Assembly: GCA_049523355.1 (NCBI GenBank)
Contig: JBEKMY010000004.1
Coordinates: 20,797-84,796, forward strand
Direction of reading: 5' to 3'
Length of the DNA stretch: 64,000 bases
DNA from: Smithella sp.
GTDB lineage: Bacteria; Desulfobacterota; Syntrophia; Syntrophales; Smithellaceae
Shown here: piece by piece, positions 10,071 to 22,188 of the stretch
How the letters are laid out: each line of letters starts with the position of its first letter
How positions within the stretch are numbered: the first letter of the stretch is position 1
Translations under genes and position numbers: made by a program
The notes under the pieces: model-generated
Seen by the model: only the letters and a program-made list of their open reading frames with translations
Told to the model about the DNA's origin: nothing
The model's database searches: none

Positions 10071-10952
10071 TTATTTTTGATAAGTCTTTGTTTTCCAGCG
10101 CTGGTGAAACCAAAACCACTGGTTCGGATATTCACGGACGACATCTTCCACTATTTTTGTGAAACGCTGGGTATTTATCTGTAAGTCAGCCTCATAATCG
10201 TCCGTGCAAACAGCCTTTAAGAAAGGTTTAATAATAAGTTTATATTTACCCGATTTCTGTCTGGCCATAAAAACCGGGACTACGGGTGAGTCGGAGCGCA
10301 TTGCCATAACCGCTAACCCTACACCGGTACAGGCAGGACGTTCGAAGAAATCAACAAACACGCCCTCGTAAGCGGCCACATTTTGATCGCTTAAAATTCC
10401 TATAATCTGATTCTCTTTTAATAATTCCAAAACCTTTTTCCCCGACCCTCCTTTGGGAATCAGGGAATTTCCATGCATGGTGCGCACATATTCCACCATA
10501 TTATCAATAACCGGGCTATCCAGCGGCCGGTAGACAATATACATCGGCCTGACCAGCATCGGGATAGCGATAGTCAAAAGTTCCCAGTTTCCGAAATGGG
10601 CAACGATGGAAAGAGCTCCTTTGTTTTGGGAAAGTGCCGCATCGGCATATTCCATACCTTCTACTTCCACCCACCGGTCAATATTGTCCCTGGTAATGGA
10701 AGGCATATCGAAGAATTCAGCGGCAACAATGGAAAAATGCCTGTAAACTCCTTTGGCTATCTTTATTATTTCCTTTGAATCTTTTTCCGGAAATGAACGC
10801 TGGAGATTATGCAGAACTATCAAGCGGCTTTTAGCAACCAGATGGTAAAAAAGTGAAAATCCAATCCTGCACAATCCCTTACGCACAACCAGGGGTATAC
10901 ATCGGAAAACAAAGAGCAGGGTGCTTGTTGTTTTTGTTTTTTCAACAGTCAT
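10071..10952 (-). CDS. Lipid A biosynthesis (Kdo)2-lipid IVA acyltransferase family protein (LpxL/HtrB-like)
   Basis: A 293-aa protein with an N-terminal membrane anchor and the HFGNWE catalytic motif typical of the LpxL/LpxM family. Confidence 0.75.
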   Translation of the reverse strand: MTVEKTKTTSTLLFVFRCIPLVVRKGLCRIGFSLFYHLVAKSRLIVLHNLQRSFPEKDSKEIIKIAKGVYRHFSIVAAEFFDMPSITRDNIDRWVEVEGMEYADAALSQNKGALSIVAHFGNWELLTIAIPMLVRPMYIVYRPLDSPVIDNMVEYVRTMHGNSLIPKGGSGKKVLELLKENQIIGILSDQNVAAYEGVFVDFFERPACTGVGLAVMAMRSDSPVVPVFMARQKSGKYKLIIKPFLKAVCTDDYEADLQINTQRFTKIVEDVVREYPNQWFWFHQRWKTKTYQK

Positions 10953-10984
10953 ATTTTACTATAAATAGTTGCCCGTCATTTTAG

Positions 10985-11296
10985 TTACAGCGGTTTTTCA
11001 CATTCCCTGCACTTGCCGTCAGAGCCAATAACCCCGATACAGGCCTCGTCGCTGCATAATATTCTTTTATCCCAATCATCATCGGATTTCGTATCAGCTG
11101 CAGGGACTGCTTTTTGTTCTCGAGAAACTTCCGCCTGAACGCTGCCCGTTGCCTGTTGGCAGGGAAGCTTTCCTTCATAAACTCTGCCGCATTCTTTACA
11201 TTTACCGTCGGCACCTATAACTCCTATACAGGATTCATCGCTGCACAGTATTCTTTTATCCCAGTCTTCATTTTTGTCAAAAATGATTTCCGTCAT
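10985..11296 (-). CDS. Small protein built of two Cys4 zinc-ribbon-like modules, unknown function
   Basis: A 103-aa protein with an internal duplication: DWDKRILCSDESCIGVIGADGKCKECG and DWDKRILCSDEACIGVIGSDGKCRECE (C-x4-C-x9-C-x2-C each). The strong SD GGGAGGA lies 4 nt upstream of the ATG. Confidence 0.7.
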   Translation of the reverse strand: MTEIIFDKNEDWDKRILCSDESCIGVIGADGKCKECGRVYEGKLPCQQATGSVQAEVSREQKAVPAADTKSDDDWDKRILCSDEACIGVIGSDGKCRECEKPL

Positions 11297-11376
11297 TTTG
11301 TCCTCCCGTATTTATTCTTGTCTTTACTTACAACAGCTTCCATATTATTTTCACTAAACAGAATTCCTTAAATTTT

Positions 11377-11503
11377 GATGGCTTCGTAAAATGTCCAGAG
11401 GCAAGGCGCGCAAAACCCATAGGAGTGAGGCGTACTTTTTGCGTACGCTGCAACGACAAGAGCTGAAGCGTAACGCAGCATATGGGCATTTTACGGAATC
11501 ATC
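11377..11503. repeat. Imperfect-palindromic intergenic repeat, subfamily A, copy A3 (127 bp, reverse orientation relative to A2)
   Basis: The arms are GATGGCTTCGTAAAATGTCC and GGGCATTTTACGGAATCATC (16/20 complementary). The core has CCAGAGGCAAGGCGCGCAAAACCC, the GCGTAC-TTTTTGC-GTACGC hairpin and CTGAAGCGTAACGCAGCATATG. Confidence 0.9.
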
Positions 11504-11506
11504 TTC

Positions 11507-12949
11507 TTAGCCTTTGATACAGGCTATAGATTTAAGTTTAGCCACCCTCCTCGCAACACCCGAATCATGCATAACCTGCACAACGTCCTGGAGGTTTTTA
11601 TAAGCTTCCGGCATTTCCTCACCCAGCGTGCCCTTGCTGCCGGCTATTACCAAAACTCCCATCTCGGCAAGCTCACGGCTAATAAATCTTCCCTTGCTGG
11701 ATTTGATTGCTTTTGAACGGCTCATCACCCGCCCTGCCCCGTGACAGGCACTGCCGAATGTCGCTTCCATTGCCTTTTCCTGACCGGCTAAAACAAATGA
11801 ACCTGTGCCCATATCACCGGGAATCAATACCGGCTGGCCCACGCTTCTATAGCGATCGGGTACAGCCTCATGACCGGCGGGAAACGCACGCGTCGCTCCT
11901 TTGCGGTGAACGCAAAGTTTTTTTGTAATGCCCGCAATAGTAAACGATTCTATTTTGGCAATGTTATGACAGACATCATATACCAGACGCATTCCCAGTT
12001 CGCGGGGAGCCACGCGCAGCGTTTTTTCCAGAACTTCGCTTGTCAGATGCATTAGGATTTGCCGGTTGGCCCATGCGTAATTGGCTCCGCAGGCCATGGC
12101 AGCCAGATAATTTTCCCCCCGTGCTGAATTGAGATATGCACAAGCCAGCTGTCTATCCGGCAGCTCAATGCCTGTTTCATGCGCGTGCTTGACCATTAAG
12201 GCCAGATAATCATCGCAAATCTGATAACCCAATCCGCGCGAACCGGTATGAATCATGATGACGATCTGATTTTTACGTAAACCAAACGCCTGCGCGGTTT
12301 TCTCATCAAATATCTCCTGCACCACTTCAATTTCCAGAAAGTGATTGCCGGAACCCAGCGTGCCTAACTGTTGCTTGCCCCGTTCGATAGCCCGCGCTGA
12401 TACCTGCTCCGGGTCCGCGCCGCTCATGCATCCGCCGTCTTCAGTTGTTTCCAAATCCAGAGCCGTCCCAAAACCGGCCTTGACCGCCCACCTTGCGCCT
12501 TCTTCGAGCACTTTTTTCTGATCTTTACCGGATAGTTTAATATAGCCTGTGGAACCGACACCCGACGGAATACGATGATACAATGCAGTAGTTAAATCTT
12601 TGATCTTGTCTTTGATATCCGAAATGAACAGTTCTGTGGTCATCAGGCGGCAGCCACAGTTGATGTCATAGCCAACACCGCCAGGCGAAATAATGCCGCT
12701 CTCAAGATCAAAGGCCGCTACGCCGCCGATAGGAAAGCCATATCCCCAGTGAACATCGGGCATGGCCAGAGAATAATTCACAATACCGGGCAAATGTGCG
12801 ACGTTAGCCACTTGTTTCACGCTTTCATCTTTTTTCAGCAGATCATAAATCTTATCATTGGCATAGATAATTCCCGGTACGCGCATAGAGCCTGTCTGCG
12901 GCAGAAACCAGCGGTTATCATCTATTTTTTCCAATCTAATTTCAGGCAT
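11507..12949 (-). CDS. rtcB: RNA 3'-phosphate/2',3'-cyclic phosphate ligase RtcB
   Basis: RtcB signature motifs are present (GYDINCG, GSGNHF, HTGSRGLG, HGAGR). The track start at 12961 is a TTG, so I prefer the ATG at 12949 (MPEIRLEK...). Neither has a clear SD. Confidence 0.9.
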   Translation of the reverse strand: MPEIRLEKIDDNRWFLPQTGSMRVPGIIYANDKIYDLLKKDESVKQVANVAHLPGIVNYSLAMPDVHWGYGFPIGGVAAFDLESGIISPGGVGYDINCGCRLMTTELFISDIKDKIKDLTTALYHRIPSGVGSTGYIKLSGKDQKKVLEEGARWAVKAGFGTALDLETTEDGGCMSGADPEQVSARAIERGKQQLGTLGSGNHFLEIEVVQEIFDEKTAQAFGLRKNQIVIMIHTGSRGLGYQICDDYLALMVKHAHETGIELPDRQLACAYLNSARGENYLAAMACGANYAWANRQILMHLTSEVLEKTLRVAPRELGMRLVYDVCHNIAKIESFTIAGITKKLCVHRKGATRAFPAGHEAVPDRYRSVGQPVLIPGDMGTGSFVLAGQEKAMEATFGSACHGAGRVMSRSKAIKSSKGRFISRELAEMGVLVIAGSKGTLGEEMPEAYKNLQDVVQVMHDSGVARRVAKLKSIACIKG

Positions 12950-12985
12950 TTTAATGCTCAAAAAAGTTCAAATATTAAAGCTCTT

Positions 12986-13090
12986 CCACGGCATCGTAAA
13001 AAGTTCCAGAGGCAAGCACGCAAATCCCGAGGAATGAGGCGTACTATTCGTACGCCGCAACGTAGCTTATGGACTTTGTACGAAGCCGTC
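12986..13090. repeat. Imperfect-palindromic intergenic repeat, subfamily A, copy A4 (about 105 bp, same orientation as A3, internal deletion)
   Basis: CGTAAAAAGTTCCAGAGGCAAGCACGCAAATCCC...GAGGCGTACTATTCGTACGCCGCAACG aligns with A3. About 20 bp is missing from the right half. The arms GGCATCGTAAAAAGTTCC and GGACTTTGTACGAAGCC are complementary. Confidence 0.85.
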
Positions 13091-13526
13091 AGACATCGAA
13101 TATCACCCTTGCCCCCCATCCTGACTTTCGCTTTGTAACACTCAAGCCACAATAGGTTACTGCCTTAATCTCGGTTTTAATCAAATGCTTCCTGTTATTG
13201 TATGGCTCACCCATCAATTGCGCTACCAGCTTTTTATTGCCGCATTTTATAATTTCGCACTTGTCTACTACCCAGTGCCCGCCATTAAATAAGTAAAGCA
13301 TCTCCCGTAAAAAATTAATCAGTAAATCCGCTGCATCCGCGCCGTCAATAGTTATTATTTTATACCGCCCTTTTCTCTCCCGGGTAGTCCTGCCATTATT
13401 TTTGACGTTTTCGATCAGGACACCAAACAAAGCACAGGCGGCGTTGGCAAACAGTTCCTTCTTAGTCCGTCCTGATATTTCAATACCTATATCGGCCGTA
13501 TGGTCAAAAAAGTTGTATTTGGACAT
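13089..13526 (-). CDS. Archease (RtcB activator)
   Basis: A 145-aa protein. The N-terminus FDHTADIGIEISG is the archease signature. It is on the same strand as, and upstream of, rtcB. Confidence 0.85.
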   Translation of the reverse strand: MSKYNFFDHTADIGIEISGRTKKELFANAACALFGVLIENVKNNGRTTRERKGRYKIITIDGADAADLLINFLREMLYLFNGGHWVVDKCEIIKCGNKKLVAQLMGEPYNNRKHLIKTEIKAVTYCGLSVTKRKSGWGARVIFDV

Positions 13527-13576
13527 GTGCAGATTATAACCTAAGATGGCTCATTCAACAAGTTCCTGCCTTCAAT

Positions 13577-13605
13577 AAAAAAGGGCGCCTCGCAGCGCCC
13601 TTTTT
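13577..13605 (-). terminator. Rho-independent terminator downstream of gyrA (bidirectional geometry)
   Basis: The stem GGGCGC/GCGCCC has a 6-nt loop and is flanked by A6 and T5. Confidence 0.75.
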
Positions 13606-13628
13606 GCTCATAGACTTTAATTGAAGCC

Positions 13629-16145
13629 TTAATCTTCTTCCGTTGTACTATTTTCTTCCTGCGTCAGATCAGTTTCATCGTCACCATTGCTGTTGATATC
13701 ATCATCCTTGCCTTCGGCTTCCGATGTCGTGCGCGCAACGCCAACAAGTTTTTCTTCAGGATCCAGTTCAATAAGTTTCACTCCCTGCGTTACCCGATGA
13801 TTTACCGGTATTTCCTGCACCTTCAACCGGATAACTTTGCCGGCATTGCTGATCAACATAACGTTATCTTCACCGATAACCTGCAGAACGCCGGAAACAT
13901 TGCCTACTTTTTCCACCGTTTTTAAATTGATCGTTCCTTTGCCGCCACGGGTTTGGACACGGTATTCATCAATCGGCGTGCATTTGCCGAATCCGTTTTC
14001 CGAAACGGTAAGCATGAAAGTGTTCTGCGCGGGAATATCCATACCGATAACATCATCACCTTCATCCAGATTAATGCCGCGCACACCGCGGGCTGTTCTG
14101 CCCATATCCCGAACATCGTCTTCTTTGAAACGAATGGCCATACCCTGTCTTGTCGCTATAAAGATATCCTGATTCCCCATCGTCAATTGAACATCCACCA
14201 ACTCATCCCCTTCGTCAATGGAAATGGCAATGATGCCGCCGGATCGCGGATTGGCATAAGCGGTTAGTTCAGTTTTCTTGATAGTGCCCTTTTTAGTGAT
14301 CATCACAATATACTTATCGTCAACAAATTCCTTGACCGGCAATGTTGCACGAACACTTTCACCCGGCGCAAGATTGACCAGATTGACCATGGCTTTGCCT
14401 TTGGCCGCGCGTCCCGCCTGAGGTATCTGATAAACCTTCAACCAGTGCACTTTTCCTGCACTGGTAAAAACAAGCAGGTAATGATGTGTGGAGGCGATAA
14501 AGATTTTTTCCACAAAATCTTCCTCTTTCGTTCCCATACCCATTTTGCCGCGTCCGCCGCGGTGCTGACTTTTGTAAAGGCTGACCGCGTTGCGTTTGAT
14601 ATAGCCGCTATGGGATATCGTTACAACCACATCTTCTTCCACGATCATATCTTCAATATTGATATCTTCGGAGCTCGCGACGATTTCCGTACGCCGTTCA
14701 TCGCCGTACCGTTCCTTAATTTCATTGAGCTCGTCAATAATAACCTGCAAAACTTTTTGCGGATCGGCTAAAATAGCGTTCAAATGGGCGATCAAGGCGT
14801 TCACTTCCGCGTATTCCTCGTCGATCTTGGCTCGCTCCAAACCGGTCAGACGCTGGAGTCTCATCTCCAGAATGGCTTTGGCCTGAATTTCCGACAAACT
14901 GAATTTCGCGCATAACTGCATCGAAGCTTCCGCTGGTGTCTTCGATGCTTTAATGACTTTAATAACTGCGTCAATGTTGTTTAAGGCAATAATGTAACCT
15001 TCTAAAATATGCGCTCGTTCCTGCGCTCTTGCCAATTCAAACCTGGTGCGGCGTATAACAACATCCCTGCGGAAACTGATGAATTTTTCGAGTACTTGTT
15101 TGAGATTGAAAACCTGTGGCATGTTTTCGGAGATCGCCAGCATGATGACGCCCAAGGAAACTTCCATTTGCGTGAATTTATAGAGCTGATTGAGGATGAT
15201 TGCCGAATTTTCATCCCGCTTGAGTTCGATCACCACGCGGATGCCTTCTCGGTCGGATTCGTCCCGCAAATCGGAAATGCCTGATATCTTTTTATCGCGC
15301 ACCAGTTCCGCTATTTTTTCGATCAGCGTAGCCTTGTTGACCTGATAAGGCAGTTCTGTAAGAACAATGGTTTCCCTATCATTACGGGCGTTCTTTTCAA
15401 TAAGAGAGCGAGCGCGGATGCGGATGATCCCGCGTCCGGTTTTATAGGCGGAAAGAATTCCTTCCCGGCCATTAATAAATCCGGCAGTTGGAAAATCAGG
15501 ACCGGGAATATGACGTATGAGCTGTTCGATGGTAATGTCCGGATTCTTAATGCAGGCGATGGTGCCGTTTATAATTTCTTTCAGATTATGCGGCGGAATA
15601 TTGGTCGCCATACCAACAGCAATACCTGATGTTCCATTGAGCAGTAACAGCGGAATGCGTGTTGCCAGAAGCGACGGCTCCTGCAGGGATTCATCATAGT
15701 TCGGCACATAATCGACCGTGTCTTTTTCCAGATCGGCCAGCACTTCATCAGAAATGCGCGCCAGACGACTTTCCGTATAACGCATGGCCGCGGGCGGATC
15801 GCCGTCAATCGAACCGAAGTTGCCCTGTCCGTCCACCAGCATGTAGCGCAGAGAAAACTCCTGTGCCATACGCACCATTGTGTCATAAATGGCCGCATCG
15901 CCGTGCGGATGATATTTACCCATGATCTCGCCGACGATACGGGCGGATTTTTTGTAGGGTTTATTATGGCGGTTGCCCATTTCATACATGGCATATAAAA
16001 TCCGGCGGTGCACCGGTTTGAGGCCGTCGCGTACATCGGGAATTGCCCGGCCGATGATGACACTCATGGCGTAATCCATGTAGGATTTTTTCATTTCATC
16101 TTCTATATTCACCAGTGTTTGCTTGTGGTGGATATCACGTTCCAT
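13629..16145 (-). CDS. gyrA: DNA gyrase subunit A
   Basis: Full-length GyrA ([23 protein letters not shown], catalytic-Tyr region AAMRYTE). The track start at 16196 is a TTG. The ATG at 16145 follows GAGAGG. The C-terminus is an acidic tail. Confidence 0.95.
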   Translation of the reverse strand: MERDIHHKQTLVNIEDEMKKSYMDYAMSVIIGRAIPDVRDGLKPVHRRILYAMYEMGNRHNKPYKKSARIVGEIMGKYHPHGDAAIYDTMVRMAQEFSLRYMLVDGQGNFGSIDGDPPAAMRYTESRLARISDEVLADLEKDTVDYVPNYDESLQEPSLLATRIPLLLLNGTSGIAVGMATNIPPHNLKEIINGTIACIKNPDITIEQLIRHIPGPDFPTAGFINGREGILSAYKTGRGIIRIRARSLIEKNARNDRETIVLTELPYQVNKATLIEKIAELVRDKKISGISDLRDESDREGIRVVIELKRDENSAIILNQLYKFTQMEVSLGVIMLAISENMPQVFNLKQVLEKFISFRRDVVIRRTRFELARAQERAHILEGYIIALNNIDAVIKVIKASKTPAEASMQLCAKFSLSEIQAKAILEMRLQRLTGLERAKIDEEYAEVNALIAHLNAILADPQKVLQVIIDELNEIKERYGDERRTEIVASSEDINIEDMIVEEDVVVTISHSGYIKRNAVSLYKSQHRGGRGKMGMGTKEEDFVEKIFIASTHHYLLVFTSAGKVHWLKVYQIPQAGRAAKGKAMVNLVNLAPGESVRATLPVKEFVDDKYIVMITKKGTIKKTELTAYANPRSGGIIAISIDEGDELVDVQLTMGNQDIFIATRQGMAIRFKEDDVRDMGRTARGVRGINLDEGDDVIGMDIPAQNTFMLTVSENGFGKCTPIDEYRVQTRGGKGTINLKTVEKVGNVSGVLQVIGEDNVMLISNAGKVIRLKVQEIPVNHRVTQGVKLIELDPEEKLVGVARTTSEAEGKDDDINSNGDDETDLTQEENSTTEED

Positions 16146-16217
16146 TTTGTTTAATCCTCTCTCAATAATAAACTGACTGATTTTCAGCCGGCACAATCAT
16201 TAATCTAACAGTGTTTA

Positions 16218-18647
<2,430 letters not shown>

Positions 18648-18650
18648 CTA

Positions 18651-19760
18651 CTATATTTTTAACGGCATAATTATGCATAAATAACCGTCATCTTCAGCCT
18701 GTTTGATCAGTGATGGTTTTAATCCCACCCCAACTTCCAACAGAATATTTTCTTTATTAATCACAGATATGGCATCAATTAAATAATTTACATTAAATCC
18801 ACTATCAATATTTTCTCCATCATAATCTATATCTATCTCTTCCGTTGCTTCACCTACGTCCAAATTTGTGGAATTGAGTGTTAACTTACCTTTAGAAAAA
18901 GAAAGAATAACTCCACCATATCTTTCTGACGACACAACACTCATTCTTTTTAAGGCATGTAGAAAATATTCTTTTTCTAAAATAACTCGAATTCCTTTTT
19001 CAGTGGAAATAACTTTTTTATAATCAGGATAATCCGCATCAACCAAACTGACTTTTAAAAGAGTGTTTTCTGTTTTCACGACAAACATATTTTTATGTAA
19101 ACCTATTTTAACCTCTTCATTTTCATCAATAATTTTTTTGATTTCCATCAATCCCTTGCGGGGAATAATAATTCCTTTTCCAGTCTTTAAAAAAGGACCG
19201 GATATTAAACCTTTAGCCAACGCTAAACGATGACCGTCAGTAGCCACCATTCTTAATAAATGATCTACCCCATCCACTCCTTCTTCCAATAAAACACCAT
19301 TTAGATTTTTTCTGCTTTCATCAGTTGCCATAGCGAACGCTGTTTTATTAATTAAATCTTTTATGACCATTCCCTTTATTTTATAAAGAGGAATATCCTT
19401 ATCATCTGTAATACTTGGAAAATCTTCGGCCGGTAGTCCCGGTATTTTATAAAACGCCCGCTGAGATGATATTTTTACAATATTATTTTTCTGAGTGAAA
19501 ATAATAACTTCACCTTGAATTTCTCTTATCATTTCATATATCTTTTTTGCGGAAACAGTGATTTCACCATTTTCCGATATTTCCGCATCATAATCAGAAA
19601 TTAAAATTATTTCTCTATCAGTAGCAATTATTTTCAGCTTATTATTTTCAGCTTTTACAAGAATATTATTTAAAATAGGTATTGTTGTTTTTTTTTCGAC
19701 AATGCCTAATGTTTTTTGAATACCATCAAGAAAGGTTTCTCTGTTAATTTTAAATTCCAT
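18651..19760 (-). CDS. dnaN: DNA polymerase III beta sliding clamp
   Basis: A 369-aa DnaN-like protein positioned after dnaA. The SD AGGAGG lies upstream of the ATG. Confidence 0.9.
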   Translation of the reverse strand: MEFKINRETFLDGIQKTLGIVEKKTTIPILNNILVKAENNKLKIIATDREIILISDYDAEISENGEITVSAKKIYEMIREIQGEVIIFTQKNNIVKISSQRAFYKIPGLPAEDFPSITDDKDIPLYKIKGMVIKDLINKTAFAMATDESRKNLNGVLLEEGVDGVDHLLRMVATDGHRLALAKGLISGPFLKTGKGIIIPRKGLMEIKKIIDENEEVKIGLHKNMFVVKTENTLLKVSLVDADYPDYKKVISTEKGIRVILEKEYFLHALKRMSVVSSERYGGVILSFSKGKLTLNSTNLDVGEATEEIDIDYDGENIDSGFNVNYLIDAISVINKENILLEVGVGLKPSLIKQAEDDGYLCIIMPLKI

Positions 19761-19919
19761 ATTTCCTCCTTGTTTTTTATCTTAATATTATAATTTAGTT
19801 TCTTATATATAATTAGTATTAATAGTAATGCCTGTGGATATGTTGATTAATGCTTTTTTTTAAATAATTATAATTACTTTAAACACATTTAACTTGTTTA
19901 TAAATGAATATAAAAAAGT
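19761..19919. promoter_or_regulatory. Candidate oriC unwinding module in the dnaA-dnaN spacer
   Basis: Read on the minus strand from 19841 the sequence is: DnaA box ATATCCACA (8/9), a second abutting 7/9 box (TAATCAACA, 19849-19841), spacer GGCA, then TTA CTA TTA ATA CTA (19828-19814), then a very AT-rich stretch down to 19761. Confidence 0.55.
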
Positions 19920-21272
19920 TTATGATTTGTTCATTAAAATATCCTCCAATTCCTGAATCAAACCTTTTAACTTAGGGTCTGTTTTTATGCTATTTAATAT
20001 TTTATTATTAGCATAAATTACCGTGGAATGATCACGACCACCAATTTTTTGACCGATATCAGGAAAAGAATGATTTGTTAATTTTCTTGCTAAATACATG
20101 ACAATTTGCCTTGCGAAGACAATATTTTTATTTTTATTATGAGCTTTAATGTCAGATATTTTTATATTTAATTTTCCAGATATAACTTTAATGATTTCTT
20201 CAATGCTTACGTCACCCTGTTTATTATGCTTAACTAAGCTGCTTAATACTTCTTTTACTAAATCTAAATCAATTTCTCTGCCTGTTAAAGATGAATAAGC
20301 GCCTATTCTAACTAAAAAACCTTCCAGTTCACGAATATTTGATTCCACATGGGATGCGATATAATGAATAACATTATGCGGTAAATCAATTTTATTTTCC
20401 TGAATTTTTCTTTCGATAATAGCAATTTTAGTTTCTATTTCCGGTGGTTGAATATCGGCAATTAGTCCCCATTCAAAACGGGAACGAAGCCTACTTTCCA
20501 GATTAGGAATATCTTTTGGAAACTTATCACTGGTGACCACTATTTGTTTTCCGGAATCATGTAATGTGTTGAAAGTATGGAAAAATTCTTCCTGCGTTCG
20601 TTCTTTGCCTGCTAGAAAATGAATATCATCAATTAATAAACAACTGATGTTACGATATTTTTCTCTAAATTTTGGCATGCGGTCATAACGAATGGAATTA
20701 ATCATTTCATTCATAAATTCTTCTGCCGAAACATACATAATATTTAGCGTTGGGTGGATAGAAGACGAGAGAAGACCGATAGCATTAAGTAAGTGAGTTT
20801 TTCCTAAACCTGATCCTCCATAAATAAATAAAGGATTGTAATTTTTCGCCGGTTGTTTGGCTACGGCAATTGAAGCGGCGTGGGCAAATTGATTACACGA
20901 GCCAACCACAAACCTGTCGAAGTTGTAATTATCGTTGAGAAAAGAAAAGTTTTTGCTTTTACTGGTAATAGCCGTTGACGTATGTTTAGAATGCGTCGTC
21001 TGCTTGAACGACGGGTCGGAGATATTTTCCTGATTTTTTAATAGAACAAAATCAATATCAACATCTATACCTGCGGCAGCTTTTAAAGATTGTTTAATGG
21101 TAGATGTATAATTATCTAAAAGCCAATCTTTAAAAAATTTATTGGGCACAGCCAATTGCACATGCTGGTCTTCCATGGCAATTATTTTGATAGGTTTTAT
21201 CCATGTATCAAAATTTTGCTTACTTATTTTTTCTTGAATAAATTTAGTTGTTTTTCCCCAAAAATCTTCCAT
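19920..21272 (-). CDS. dnaA: Chromosomal replication initiator DnaA
   Basis: A 450-aa protein with the Walker A GGSGLGKTHL, an AAA+ domain and a C-terminal DNA-binding domain (DHSTVIYA). Confidence 0.95.
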   Translation of the reverse strand: MEDFWGKTTKFIQEKISKQNFDTWIKPIKIIAMEDQHVQLAVPNKFFKDWLLDNYTSTIKQSLKAAAGIDVDIDFVLLKNQENISDPSFKQTTHSKHTSTAITSKSKNFSFLNDNYNFDRFVVGSCNQFAHAASIAVAKQPAKNYNPLFIYGGSGLGKTHLLNAIGLLSSSIHPTLNIMYVSAEEFMNEMINSIRYDRMPKFREKYRNISCLLIDDIHFLAGKERTQEEFFHTFNTLHDSGKQIVVTSDKFPKDIPNLESRLRSRFEWGLIADIQPPEIETKIAIIERKIQENKIDLPHNVIHYIASHVESNIRELEGFLVRIGAYSSLTGREIDLDLVKEVLSSLVKHNKQGDVSIEEIIKVISGKLNIKISDIKAHNKNKNIVFARQIVMYLARKLTNHSFPDIGQKIGGRDHSTVIYANNKILNSIKTDPKLKGLIQELEDILMNKS

Positions 21273-21294
21273 TTAACAACCTTTATAAACACAC

Positions 21295-21324
21295 TTATCA
21301 ACAATTGTGGATAAGTGTGGAATA
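21295..21324. promoter_or_regulatory. DnaA-box cluster in the 58-bp parB-dnaA spacer
   Basis: TTATCAACA (21295-21303, 8/9), TGTGGATAA (21306-21314, the perfect reverse complement of TTATCCACA) and TGTGGAATA (21316-21324, 8/9). Confidence 0.7.
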
Positions 21325-21330
21325 CATATA

Positions 21331-22188
21331 TTATTTTAAATTATCAAGAATTAAATCCGCTAACCGGTTCAATTCATCCATAGACGTATAGCGAATTTCG
21401 ACAAATCCCTTTTTAGCCGAACCCTTAATTTGCACCTTTGCCATAAATTTTGCGGCTATTGATTTTTCCAGGTCAGTTAGAAAGTGGTCTTTTTTGACAT
21501 CTTGTTTTTTATCAATGTGAATCTTTTTTGCGTTTTGTATTAAACGTTCAGTTTCTCGGACATTTAAATCTTTTTGTAAGATTAAAGCCAGCGCCGCAAG
21601 TTGTTTTTCTGTTGAACTGCATGCCAGTAAACAGCGGGCATGGCCTGAAGAAATTTTCTTTTCCGTAAGAGCTTTTTTGGCTTGATCCGGCAATTTCAAA
21701 AGACGAATGGTATTGGCAATGGTCGAACGATCTTTGCCCACGCGCGAAGAAATTTCATCCTGAGAAAGTTTGAAATTTTCAATTAATGTTACGTAGGCAT
21801 CGGCTTCTTCCAGAGGATTTAATTCTTCACGCTGAATATTCTCAATCAGCGACATTTCGGCCGCCTGCATGTCTGTTGCTTCACGAATGGCAATAGGTAC
21901 ATCTTTTAAACCTATGGACTGAGCCGCTCTCCATCGCCGCTCTCCGGCAATAATTTCATATCCCTTTTCAGCCCTGCGGACAATAATCGGCTGAATAATA
22001 CCGCTGTTTTTAATGGAATCAATAAGCTGCTTTTGGTTTTGATCGTTAAAAGTTTTACGGGGTTGATAACGGTTTGGCCGCAACTCTTCAATGCCGCAGG
22101 AAAAAACATTCTTTTTCTTATCGAAGTCATTTAATAAATCCGGAAAAATTGCGCCAAGCCCTTTACCAAGCACATTTTTTTGTGCCAT
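21331..22188 (-). CDS. parB: Chromosome partitioning protein ParB (Spo0J)
   Basis: The N-terminus GLGKGLGAI, the GERRWRAA box and an HTH region. Confidence 0.9.
   Translation of the reverse strand: MAQKNVLGKGLGAIFPDLLNDFDKKKNVFSCGIEELRPNRYQPRKTFNDQNQKQLIDSIKNSGIIQPIIVRRAEKGYEIIAGERRWRAAQSIGLKDVPIAIREATDMQAAEMSLIENIQREELNPLEEADAYVTLIENFKLSQDEISSRVGKDRSTIANTIRLLKLPDQAKKALTEKKISSGHARCLLACSSTEKQLAALALILQKDLNVRETERLIQNAKKIHIDKKQDVKKDHFLTDLEKSIAAKFMAKVQIKGSAKKGFVEIRYTSMDELNRLADLILDNLK

Noticed and set aside
12749-13152. ORFs 12749..13138 (+) and 12958..13152 (-) spanning the rtcB-archease spacer.
   Set aside because: They read through repeat copy A4 and the ends of real genes, so they are artefacts of the palindromic repeat being open in several frames.
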